This document shows, piece by piece, positions 42,011 to 51,755 of a stretch of DNA of 64,000 nt; position 1 is the stretch's first letter, and each line of letters starts with the position of its first letter. The position numbers and the translations under genes are program-made. The notes below the pieces were generated by a model. That model worked only from the letters and a program-made list of their open reading frames with translations, ran no database searches and had not been told where the DNA came from. Source of the stretch: Obrimoposthia wandeli (taxonomy: Eukaryota); contig CDROCS010000506.1 of NCBI GenBank assembly GCA_977020255.1, positions 248,001 to 312,000 of the forward strand. The letters are read 5' to 3'.

Positions 42011-43369
42011 TGTATAACGTACTAACAAAAGCGTTAATATTAGCAGGCATGCTAACTGGTTGTAGCATGACGCCTGATTATAAAGCCCCTGAAATGACCA
42101 TGAGTGAGGCGTATACACAAATTGAAGACGTGAATGGCTCAGCAATATTCTGCTATGAAAGGATTTAATATCCACGCTTTAAAAACCCCAACTTGCCACG
42201 CAAAATATTCCATTACGTATCGCGTCAGAACGTATAAAGATGGCGAACCATCATGAACAGGTCTTCATTTACGTTAACGCCCTGAGAGGTGCTGGCGCAA
42301 TCATCAAACCAGTGAACGATAGCGTCATCACCACGGTACCAGCCGCCGCTCAACCTCTGCGACTGGCGCGACGTTAAATGGATCAACAACGCGATATTAA
42401 AGGTGCCGTCAACGCGGAAATGACTATTCGGCCTTATTGATAGTCGTTGACGCGGCAACCGGTGAAAAGAACAAGTGGAAATTTATCGCAGCGGACTCTA
42501 TTGATGTTAGCGATGTTTGACGGATCAGCAATTATTTATTAATACCGTGGGCAATGGAATAAAATCAATAAAGTACCGATTAAGATCAAAACTATCGTTA
42601 AGCACGGAAAAGTCGTCGACAACGGTTATGGTTCAGATCTTGATATCTCTCAAGCGAGTGCCATGCTAGCAGCAACAGAGGCAATCATTCCGGCAGACAT
42701 TGCCAATATCACAAACAGCATTTAAGCATTTGCTGGGTCACCATCGCCAAAGGCCTTTGATCCGGCAGACAATGCAAATCGGCACGAAAGGAATAGCTCA
42801 TCCCCAGGCTGGCTTGCCGTCTGATCTATTGCAACGTCGTCCCGATGTCCGCATGGCAGAACGGCGAAATGCATTAATAGCGAGTTAGGCAATACGCCGC
42901 CTGTTATCCAAACTTAACTGGCACGCCAGGTCTTGTTGCTGGTGATTTTGATGATCTTTTTAACAGTAGTTCATTTGGCTGGATGGCAAGTGCTGGCGTA
43001 AGCTGGACCGTCTTTGATGGCGGTCGAGGTGAGGCCATGGTTGATATTCAAGAAGCTCGCCTCAACACCGCAGCCCTAACCTATCAACATGCGGTTAATG
43101 GCGCATTTACTGAAGTAGAAACCCTATTATTTGCTTATGGTCATAGTCAAAAATACCAAAAAAGCATTACCGAGGCTCAACAACAAACAGAACAAGCGTT
43201 GCAAAAAGCCAATGTTTTATATAATGCGGGTTTGATTGATTACCTGTCAGTATTAGATGCTCAGCGACAACGCAACATGATGAAAGATCGTGTAGTAGCC
43301 GCGAAACTACAAACCGCGCAATCTGTCGTAGGACTACACAAAGCCCTGGGTGGTGAGTGGGAGATTTGA
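42010..43369 (+). pseudogene. Outer-membrane efflux lipoprotein (NodT/OprM/TolC family) pseudogene
   Basis: Lipobox MLTGC plus PDYKAP; GLPSDLLQRRPDVRMAER; WTVFDGGRG; GLIDYLSVLDAQR; LHKALGGEW. Split by several frameshifts. Confidence 0.88.
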
Positions 43370-43403
43370 TCTTTTAATCACGTTTAACTTTACAACAAAA
43401 TGC

Positions 43404-43447
43404 AAAATGCCGACTCATCACGATATCAAGTGATGGTCGGCATTTTT
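43404..43447. terminator. Terminator closing the efflux operon
   Basis: AAAATGCCGAC-TCATCAC...GTGATG-GTCGGCATTTT. Confidence 0.8.
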
Positions 43448-43459
43448 ATTGCGATTACT

Positions 43460-43850
43460 ATTAGAAAACTACCGCAAACAATGTAACGGCAGTCATACTT
43501 GGCTATATAGTGTTAACCAAAATGATTAAAAGCAATTGGCAGTGCTGCTTCCCACTCACCTGACAGTAACTTGACTGGTAAAGCGCTAACAATGGCATTC
43601 GAAGCTCGCGATAAACCCAAGGCGTGATATATAACTCCGACCATGATTTTCATTATACAAGCAGAAAATGTCTTTAAAAGCAGAGTTATCGCATGGCTAC
43701 CTATGAGTCGACACTGTTATGACCGATTAGTAGTATTAGACGGAGCGCCTCAAGAAGCTTTATTGACTTAGATGATTACGACTTATCCAAGTTTAGATAA
43801 TGTTGTTATTAAATTACTAACGAATTTAAAAACCGTGGCTAAAATTAGTT
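43460..43850. pseudogene. Two short gene remnants (membrane-protein-like on minus; LysR C-terminus-like on plus)
   Basis: Minus: SALPVKLLSGEWEAALPIA..MTAVTLFAVVF. Plus: VIAWLPMSRHCYDRLVVL..YPSLDNVVIKLL. No intact frame. Confidence 0.35.
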
Positions 43851-44152
43851 GACCACAACTATACTCACAAAAATTATCAAATAACTTCTACGAGCTTCAA
43901 ATATACCTTTGAATGCATAATTTATACTTCCATATATCGTTTGTTACCTTATTTTAATGAACCAATCATTAACAATCAAGCCTTTCGTTGTTAATATTTC
44001 TAGTTATTTATGTGCATATCAGACAAATAATTCCACTTGATATTAGTATTCGATAAATTCTCTGAAATTTGAACTAATAAGTGAGGTTTAGTGGTCTCTT
44101 TTGAATGCCCGATTTTAACCGTTATACCAGAAAACATTGTAATTAAAGTCGT

Positions 44153-44554
44153 TCAATTTGAAAATTTAAAATATGAATGCTTTAAGTTTTTATCTGTGTT
44201 ACAGCTTATACATCTGTACATATTTCTGTAAATCAGTCGATCTAAGCCACGTCTTGGTATGCGAGCGAAGCGTGGATGATTACAACATCTCATATAGCAT
44301 GTTTTTATGTATGGTTTAGATGTAACTCTAAAAAAATAATCGCTCCCTACGTTATCATCTTTACGCACATCATATGTATAACTATGATGTGATGTACCGA
44401 TAGTAATCAATCGAGATGAACGTAACAATTCTAAAATATCGTAAGACATCCCCGAAAGTAGTAGTGTGTTATTTTCGACTAATTCATTTAAAGGTGAATA
44501 CGCTTCTAATAGTGCATCTTTTTCGTCATTCGTTAGTACTATATCTGTAATCAT
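44153..44554 (-). CDS. Orphan hypothetical protein with C-terminal Cys cluster
   Basis: Start moved to ATG 44554 (SD GAGG); C-terminus CYMRCCNHPRFARIPRRGLDRLIYRNMYRCISC; low-GC. Confidence 0.65.
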   Translation of the reverse strand: MITDIVLTNDEKDALLEAYSPLNELVENNTLLLSGMSYDILELLRSSRLITIGTSHHSYTYDVRKDDNVGSDYFFRVTSKPYIKTCYMRCCNHPRFARIPRRGLDRLIYRNMYRCISCNTDKNLKHSYFKFSN

Positions 44555-45250
44555 ACAACCTCTCTTTTTCAATTACATATCCCTTCTGATTACCACCGGA
44601 CCTCAACTAATTCAAAAAAGAGCTAAGGTCTAGTTGCTGTTCGAATACTTGAGTAATTAACTAACAAAACGTCTTTTCTAAGTAAAACATCGGATTAAAC
44701 TTAAAATAAAACTAGACTAGATATAGAGATAAATGCTTTTTATTAATGGCATGATAAATATCATTTATTGAAATTTTAACATTACTTATCATTATATTGA
44801 TCAATTTTAGTACTCCCTTCATCATCTATTGAACGTAATCAGTTAAAAATGTTCCATCACTTCGTTTTTTAATTGCTGAGCAGCGCTTTGTAACATAACA
44901 GGTAATCTTGAAACCTAAATGGTTGAAATGTTGTTTTATTGCGTCACAAAGTAAATGGTAAAAATAATTTTTCAGTCGAAAATAAAAAGCACATTAATAT
45001 TCACATTGATTTCTAACCCTAAAAACTTACTCATTTTTATATAGTTTCCAATCACTGTAAACCAGTGGAATTAAAATATAATTATAAGTTATAACTTAAA
45101 GTACAAATAATTTACTAATTAGTTAGAATGTTATATTTTACAACTTAATTAATCCCCTAAAAACAAAACCTGTACACCATCAATTTTCGACTCATTGATT
45201 ATGTATAATAAGATACATAAATACATGATTTAAATGTAAAATTTAAATGA

Positions 45251-45290
45251 AAAGTAAAAGAAAGTAAAAGAAAGTAAAAGAAAGTAAAAG
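45251..45290. repeat. 10-bp tandem repeat (AAAGTAAAAG)4
   Basis: Four perfect units at 45251-45290. Confidence 0.97.
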
Positions 45291-45369
45291 AGGTGAAAAT
45301 AGCAAAAAATACATGAAAAAATATTTTATGTATTGATTTGTATTGGTTTGTATAAGTTATGTATATATA

Positions 45370-45540
45370 AAGTTTAATAAACGATTTTTATAATTACCAC
45401 TTTTAAACTAAGTTTATTAAATTTATTTTTTAATTACCACTTTTAAACTAAGTTTATTTAAACGATTTTAATTACCACTTTAAATTAAGTTTATTAAAAT
45501 CGTTTTTTGTGATTTCCACTTTAAAACTAAATTTATTGAT
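45370..45540. repeat. Array of about four 40-bp imperfect direct repeats, each containing a TAAACT-A-AGTTTA dyad
   Basis: TAATTACCACTTTTAAACTAAGTTTATT-like units start at 45391, 45431, 45469 and 45510, with a partial unit at 45370. Confidence 0.92.
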
Positions 45541-45580
45541 TTGTAGGTTCGATATACTATATCAGATAAGGAAAAATGTA

Positions 45581-46255
45581 ATGCTTTCAGTTTGTACTGA
45601 AAATGGGGGTAAAAATAAAACAGTAGAATTTATAAAAAAGAATTAGAGTTAATTCTATACTTAATTGATTTAAAAGGAGAATGTATAGAGAGAATTTTTA
45701 CTTGATAATTTATGGAGTAATATTGTTAGTGAGGCCAGTCTAAATAACTTAGTGAAAACAACCAGAGCAAAATTATCTAGCCTTATAGGCATCTCTGACA
45801 TCGTCATAACAGTACATAAAAAAGGTTACCGTATTGATTTGAACACATCATCAGCGGGGCGAATTAACACCAATTATAAAAAAAGAAAAAACCTAACATT
45901 TTATTAACTTCAAGCTAATTTTGTAACATCTATTTTACTTTCATTGATGGTATTTATGATTTTTAATCTTACTTTTTCGTCTGGGCGAGATTTTAAAGCT
46001 ACGGCGAAATTACATCATTACAATAATCTAAAAGTTAATATTTTTTTTATAAAATGGGAGTATAGTTTTTATGCTTACGATGACGATAACCATCTTCTAG
46101 TTCGAGATGTAGGATATAGATTTACAGTAGGCTCACGTAGTTATTTACTTAATACATCAATAATAGATTTCTATAGTGACTTCCCTAATGCTAAGATTTT
46201 TCATTGCAGGAAATGTATGCCTAGTTTAATAAGAAATTATATTTTTAGAAGATAA
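45581..46255 (+). pseudogene. ToxR/TcpP/CadC-like membrane-anchored winged-helix regulator, disrupted
   Basis: Reconstruction: MLSVC..FIKKELELILYLIDLKGECIEREFLLDNLWSNIVSEASLNNLVKTTRAKL..VITVHKKGYRID (wHTH), basic linker, TM FVTSILLSLMVFMIFNLTF, periplasmic tail with CRKC. Lesions: A6 run at 45634-39, AG repeat at 45687-93, in-frame TAA at 45905-07. Confidence 0.8.
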
Positions 46256-46579
46256 CAGCACTCTAAAAAGTTAATGGTTATATTCTAGATCTTTAGCATC
46301 AATAAAGAAAAATAAATGCATTTGATATTGATTCAACAACTCAGTTTACTTACTACTTTAGAGATTAATAGCTTTACTAATCTCAAAGATTATGATACCT
46401 AGCTTATTGATAGGTGGCTTTAAACTACGTAAAAAGAACAAAAAGAAGCAATTGTTTTTTCAGCTGAAGTATTCAAGATATTGTTCTTTTAAATAATAGA
46501 TGGGGATAAATTAATACATCACATTCATACAAGCTTTGGTGATTAAACAAAAGGGCCTACCCTAATAAATCTTATCTTT

Positions 46580-47614
46580 TTAGCATTCCCAATCAAGGAT
46601 AACTTTACCTGACATGCCTGAACGCATAATATCAAAACCTTCTTGGAATTGATCAATTGGGAAATGGTGCGTAATGATTGGTGTTAGGTCTAAACCTGAC
46701 TGAATTAATGCAGCCATTTTGTACCAGGTTTCAAACATTTCACGGCCATAGATACCTTTAATCACTAAACCTTTAAAGATAACATTGCCCCACTCGATGC
46801 TCATGTCACTTGGTGGAATACCTAACATAGCAATTTTGCCGCCATGGTTCATCTTGTCTAGCATATCGCTAAATGCAGATGGTACGCCTGACATTTCAAG
46901 ACCAACATCGAAGCCTTCTGTCATTTTAAGCTCGTCCATCACATCTTTAAGTGACTCAGTTGCTACGTTAACAGCACGTGTTACGCCCATTTGACGCGCT
47001 AAGTCGAGACGGTATTCGTTGACATCGGTGATCACAACATTACGTGCACCAACGTGCTTACATACTGCAGCAGCCATAATACCAATTGGACCAGCACCAG
47101 TGATTAATACATCTTCACCAACAACATCGAATGATAATGCCGTGTGTACAGCGTTACCAAACGGGTCAAAGATTGCCGCCATGTCATCAGAAATATCATC
47201 TGGCAGTTTGAATGCGTTAAATGCAGGGATAACTAAGTATTCAGCAAATGCACCTTCACGGTTAACACCAACGCCTGTCGTGTTACGGCATAAATGTGTA
47301 CGACCAGCACGGCAGTTTCGACAATGACCACACGTAATATGGCCTTCACCAGATACTCGGTCACCAATTGCAAAGCCACGTACTTCTTGGCCCATACCAA
47401 CAATTTCACCTACATACTCATGGCCAACAACCATAGGTACTGGAATCGTTTTCTGTGCCCATTCATCCCAATTAAAGATATGAACGTCGGTACCACAAAT
47501 AGCTGTTTTTTTGATTTTAATCAGAATGTCATTATGGCCAACTTCAGGTTTATCAACCTCAGTCATCCAGATGCCTTGTTCTGGTTTTAATTTAGCAAGC
47601 GCTTTAATTTTCAT
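46580..47614 (-). CDS. tdh: L-threonine 3-dehydrogenase
   Basis: [33 protein letters not shown] and [14 protein letters not shown]. Confidence 0.98.
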   Translation of the reverse strand: MKIKALAKLKPEQGIWMTEVDKPEVGHNDILIKIKKTAICGTDVHIFNWDEWAQKTIPVPMVVGHEYVGEIVGMGQEVRGFAIGDRVSGEGHITCGHCRNCRAGRTHLCRNTTGVGVNREGAFAEYLVIPAFNAFKLPDDISDDMAAIFDPFGNAVHTALSFDVVGEDVLITGAGPIGIMAAAVCKHVGARNVVITDVNEYRLDLARQMGVTRAVNVATESLKDVMDELKMTEGFDVGLEMSGVPSAFSDMLDKMNHGGKIAMLGIPPSDMSIEWGNVIFKGLVIKGIYGREMFETWYKMAALIQSGLDLTPIITHHFPIDQFQEGFDIMRSGMSGKVILDWEC

Positions 47615-48807
47615 TATATAATACCTATATCTTTACCAACTTGGATGAATACATCTATCGCGTTATCAAGTTCTTCTCTGCTATGTGCAGCAGACATCTG
47701 TGTGCGAATTCTCGCTTTACCATTTGGTACCACAGGGAAAGAGAACCCAACTACATAAATGCCTTTTTCAAGTGCGCGTTCAGCAAAGTCTGCCGCCACT
47801 TTTGCATCGCCAAGCATGATTGGAATGATCGCGTGATCAGCACCGCCCATCGTGAAACCAGCAGCTTCCATACGCAGACGGAAGTGAGCTGAGTTAGCCC
47901 ATAAAGTATCACGCAGACCATCGCTTTCTGCTAGTAAATCAAGCACACGAATAGATGCAGAAACAATCGCTGGTGCAACTGAATTAGAGAATAAATAAGG
48001 ACGCGAACGTTGACGAAGCCAATCGATTACTTCTTTTTTACCCGCAGTGTAACCACCTGAAGCGCCACCCATTGCTTTACCTAAAGTACCGGTAATGATA
48101 TCGATACGGTCAATCACATCATGATGTTCATGGGTACCACGGCCATTTGCGCCCATAAAGCCAACAGCGTGAGAATCATCGACCATTACCAAAGCACCGT
48201 ATTTATCGGCTAAATCACAAATACCTGGTAAATCAGCAACAACGCCATCCATAGAGAATACACCATCAGTAACGATTAACTTATGGCGAGCACCCGCTTC
48301 AGTAGCGGCGATTAGCTGTGCTTCTAATTCTTGCATATTATTATTTGCATAACGGAAGCGCATCGCTTTACAAAGACGAACACCATCAATAATTGAAGCA
48401 TGGTTTAATGCATCAGAAATAATCGCATCTTCTTTACCAAGAATGGTTTCAAAAAGTCCAGTGTTAGCATCAAAACATGATGTATAAAGGATCGTGTCTT
48501 CCATACCTAGGAATGTTGATAACTTCTGTTCAAGTTCTTTATGCGAATCTTGAGTACCACAAATAAAACGTACAGACGCCATACCAAAGCCATGCGTATC
48601 CATACCCGATTTTGCAGCTTCAATTAGTGCAGGGTGATTCGCTAAACCTAAGTAGTTATTAGCACAGAAGTTTAAAACTTCTTCACCAGTCGATATAGAT
48701 ACAGCCGCTTTTTGAGCTGAAGTAATAACGCGTTCTTGTTTATACAGACCCGCTACTTTTACTTCTTCGATTTGCTCACTGATCTGATTGTAGAATGTAG
48801 AAGTCAT
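47614..48807 (-). CDS. kbl: 2-amino-3-ketobutyrate CoA ligase (glycine C-acetyltransferase)
   Basis: [28 protein letters not shown] and [13 protein letters not shown]; TAATG overlap with tdh. Confidence 0.98.
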   Translation of the reverse strand: MTSTFYNQISEQIEEVKVAGLYKQERVITSAQKAAVSISTGEEVLNFCANNYLGLANHPALIEAAKSGMDTHGFGMASVRFICGTQDSHKELEQKLSTFLGMEDTILYTSCFDANTGLFETILGKEDAIISDALNHASIIDGVRLCKAMRFRYANNNMQELEAQLIAATEAGARHKLIVTDGVFSMDGVVADLPGICDLADKYGALVMVDDSHAVGFMGANGRGTHEHHDVIDRIDIITGTLGKAMGGASGGYTAGKKEVIDWLRQRSRPYLFSNSVAPAIVSASIRVLDLLAESDGLRDTLWANSAHFRLRMEAAGFTMGGADHAIIPIMLGDAKVAADFAERALEKGIYVVGFSFPVVPNGKARIRTQMSAAHSREELDNAIDVFIQVGKDIGII

Positions 48808-48969
48808 GTAAATATTCCTTTTCTAATGTTTATTAAAAACAACTTGTGATTAAATCAACCTGAACAAGTCATGAAATAATTTATACTATGAAACTATTCT
48901 AATTGATCGCAGATAAGACTATTATCCCTCTATACGGAAAAACATTAGTGAAACACAGGCACAAATAGA

Positions 48970-49878
48970 ATGATGATATCGCAAAAATTAATCGCCTTAT
49001 TACCCGACTTGGCGAGTTTTACTTTAGTTGTTCAAGAAGGCAGTTTTACGGCAGCGGCAAAAAAAATAAATGTCACGCCTTCAGCATTGAGTAAAACCAT
49101 TACCCGACTTGAACAAGCGTTATCGATTAAACTATTTGAGCGCACGACCAGAAAGCTGATTATTACCGACGCGGGACAGAAGATTTACGATCAATGTGTG
49201 CCTATGGTGAATGCGGCAAAGCAAGCGGTAGAAATATCCAGTGTCGAACATACCCAAGCCGCAGGTTCAATAACGGTTGCGGCGCCGGAGGCATTTTTGA
49301 ATGTGGTGCTACAGCCTTTTGTCATTCCGTTTTTAAAGCAGTATCCGCAGATCCAACTCAAGTTGCGGGCGATTGATGGGCCAATCGATATCTTTGCACA
49401 CGGTATCGATATCGCCTTTCTATTGACGGATAAACCAGATGAAAACTTAGTGCTAAAAGAGATAGGTAAAACCTGCTTAGTATTATGTGCAAGCCCTGAT
49501 TATTTAAAAGAAAAAGGCACCCCTTCTCACCCCGAACAATTAACACAACACGATTGCCTTTATTTAGCAGAAAATGAAACCGACCACATCTGGGGTTTAA
49601 TCAAAGGTGATGAATCCCATACAGTTACCGTTTCAGGCCGTTACGCAGTCAACCATTCTCAGATGCGTTTAAACGGGGTAATTAATGGCTTAGGTATCGG
49701 TATTTTTCCCGATTTCGTGGTGCGGGAAGCTATCCGCAAAGGTGATGTGACCGAGGTTCTCAGCGGTTGGACGGTTAAGAGTAATTATCAGGGGATCATT
49801 GCGCTGCAGTATGCCCAAACCAAATATATGCCCACAAAGCTCAAAGTATTTATCGATTACGCGATGCGCTTGGTGTAA
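48970..49878 (+). CDS. LysR-family regulator divergent from kbl-tdh
   Basis: GSFTAAAKKINVTPSALSKTITRLE..LFERTTRKL and GLGIGIFPDF. Confidence 0.93.
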   Translation: MMISQKLIALLPDLASFTLVVQEGSFTAAAKKINVTPSALSKTITRLEQALSIKLFERTTRKLIITDAGQKIYDQCVPMVNAAKQAVEISSVEHTQAAGSITVAAPEAFLNVVLQPFVIPFLKQYPQIQLKLRAIDGPIDIFAHGIDIAFLLTDKPDENLVLKEIGKTCLVLCASPDYLKEKGTPSHPEQLTQHDCLYLAENETDHIWGLIKGDESHTVTVSGRYAVNHSQMRLNGVINGLGIGIFPDFVVREAIRKGDVTEVLSGWTVKSNYQGIIALQYAQTKYMPTKLKVFIDYAMRLV

Positions 49879-49916
49879 CTGAGGACACTGTGCATCTATA
49901 GACATTTTTGTTCATT

Positions 49917-51507
49917 CTATGAAAGTACAGCAAAGAGCCAATCAGGTATAAATAGACAAGCAACGATGGTCATCGCGCCAAAAACAAATAGGCCGTAATG
50001 ACTCGCTTTAGGTTTAGAAAAAAGTGCGGCTTGATTTTTAATGAAATGTTGTTGCTCGATAGAATTACTGCCATAGAAGCGACTCGTCAACACACCAAAG
50101 AATAAGAATGGCACAAGGTGCGGCGGTACCAAGCGGCGAAGAGACCGTGGCCACGATCGGCAAGCTGCAATGAACATACCGCTAGGAGAATACTACACTG
50201 CCGACGATGACCCCTTTTTCATTGGCCTTGTGAAAGAACAACCCCAGTACAAATGACCCTAATCGAATACCAACAAAAATCGACGTCAAACTTGCAATTG
50301 TTTTCAGCACCGATTCATTCGATATGGCGAATAATGCCGGGACAACAACTGCAGCAGCGGCTACCAGACTCATCTTTCTTGCCACAGAATCATAATGACG
50401 TTGTGAACCATTTTTACACACAAAGCGTTTATAAATATCAAAAGTAGCGACAGTTGCCATTGAGTTATAAGTTGAATCTAATGTCGACATTGCTGCCGCT
50501 GCTAATGCCGAAATAACCAGCCCAATAACAATTGGATTAGTATGATTAAAAACAAAATCAAGAATGACTTCATTACTATTATCAAAATGTTGGTTTTGAT
50601 AATAAATACTCAGCAACACACCTAATACAGAGAAAAATAGGTATATAAAGAAAGCACTATAGCCACACAGCAACATTGATTTTTGCGCGTGTTCAACGTT
50701 TTTGGTCGCTAATGTTCTTTGTATAATTAGCTGGTTAGTGCCATAGACACTCAGGTGTAAGAAACTCACCGCGACAACGCCAGCCCATAACGTCGTATCC
50801 ACTCCAAGATCAAAGCTGGTATTGATAATAGTCAGATTATCTGGCGACAAGTATTCTTTGGTATTTATATCCATGAGTAATATACAAAAAATGGCAACAC
50901 TGCCGATCACCAGCACAATAGATTGCAGCATATCGGTCCATATCACCGTCGATATACCGCCAATACACGTATATAGCGCTGTAAATAAGCTGATATAAAT
51001 AATGGCTTCAGAGATCGATATCGGTATCACTTGCACAAGTATGAGTGCTACCGCATATAAGATGACACCTGCAGAGATACATTGAACAACAAGAAATACG
51101 AGCGAATTGATGGTACGAGCATAGATCCCAAAACGCAGTTCAAGATATTCATAAATTGATGTTAATTTAAGTTTGTAAAAGACCGGAACAAAGAAAGTAA
51201 CGGTAAAGAATATGACGATGGGATAGTTCAAATGGACACTCATCGCTTCCATGCCCGAGTTATACACCCAACCTGGCATACCAATAAACGTCATAGCACT
51301 AATATAAGTGGCCAAAATGGAAACGCCGGCTGTAAACCAACCAAATTGCTGCCCCCCTGTAGCGAAGTCATCACCTTTATTATAACGAAAGTTAACTAAG
51401 TAACTTATTAATAAGGTAATAATAATATAACACACCACTACAGCAAGACTTGAGTACGTAACCATTTTCATATTCCTAGTAACATCGCTAATAAATAGTA
51501 ACAACAT
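49917..51507 (-). pseudogene. Sodium:solute symporter (SSS) with frameshifted 3' end
   Basis: SSS motifs ATYISAMTFIG, SIYEYLELRFG, VIWTDMLQ, QLIIQRTL and AAAMSTLDSTYNS. The frame stops at GVIVGSVVFS (50182), while hydrophobic C-terminal sequence (FLFFGVLTSRFYG...LFVFGAMTIVACLFIPDWLF) continues in another frame to 49917. Confidence 0.78.
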
Positions 51508-51549
51508 CTTATCAAAAAATGAGTTTTACGGAAAAATACACCGAGTAAC

Positions 51550-51565
51550 TGCGATATTCATCACT
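51550..51565. promoter_or_regulatory. CRP-like site 1
   Basis: TGCGA-tattca-TCACT (8/10). Confidence 0.5.
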
Positions 51566-51597
51566 AAAACAAATCACAAATGACTAATAAAGCACAA

Positions 51598-51613
51598 ATG
51601 GGTACGCAATCAT
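51598..51613. promoter_or_regulatory. Candidate LacI-family operator
   Basis: ATGGGTACGCAATCAT: 16-bp imperfect dyad centred on CG, between the two CRP-like sites. Confidence 0.4.
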
Positions 51614-51619
51614 TTTAGT

Positions 51620-51635
51620 TTTGAAGTTGATCACA
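51620..51635. promoter_or_regulatory. CRP-like site 2
   Basis: TTTGA-agttga-TCACA (9/10). Confidence 0.6.
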
Positions 51636-51755
51636 GTTCTTTTTTTCCTAAAAATCTATCATTCACCCGAATTCGAACGAAGTGGATGTTAAAACGGATA
51701 ATCGACTTCCTTCCTAAATATAATTAACTGTCCCTATTAAAGAGGTCTATCGGTC

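Noticed and set aside
39335-42888. Many short ORFs as a novel small-protein operon
   Set aside because: Plus-strand fragments carry RND/OMF motifs in the expected order; the others are shadows.
45370-45540. CRISPR array (about 30-nt repeats)
   Set aside because: Intervening segments are only about 8-12 nt and resemble one another, the repeats are degenerate, and no cas gene is nearby.
36100-46300. All frameshifts being sequencing or assembly errors
   Set aside because: Lesions include in-frame stops and apparent deletions, and the long flanking genes are error-free. It cannot be fully excluded without reads, especially for the two simple-repeat shifts in the ToxR-like gene.
43400-46560. Prophage, IS element or integrase-bounded genomic island
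   Set aside because: No transposase, integrase, phage gene, tRNA or terminal repeats recognised; only the composition shift and orphans support foreign origin.
49917-50177. Independent 86-aa membrane protein
   Set aside because: Better explained as the frameshifted C-terminus of the SSS symporter.
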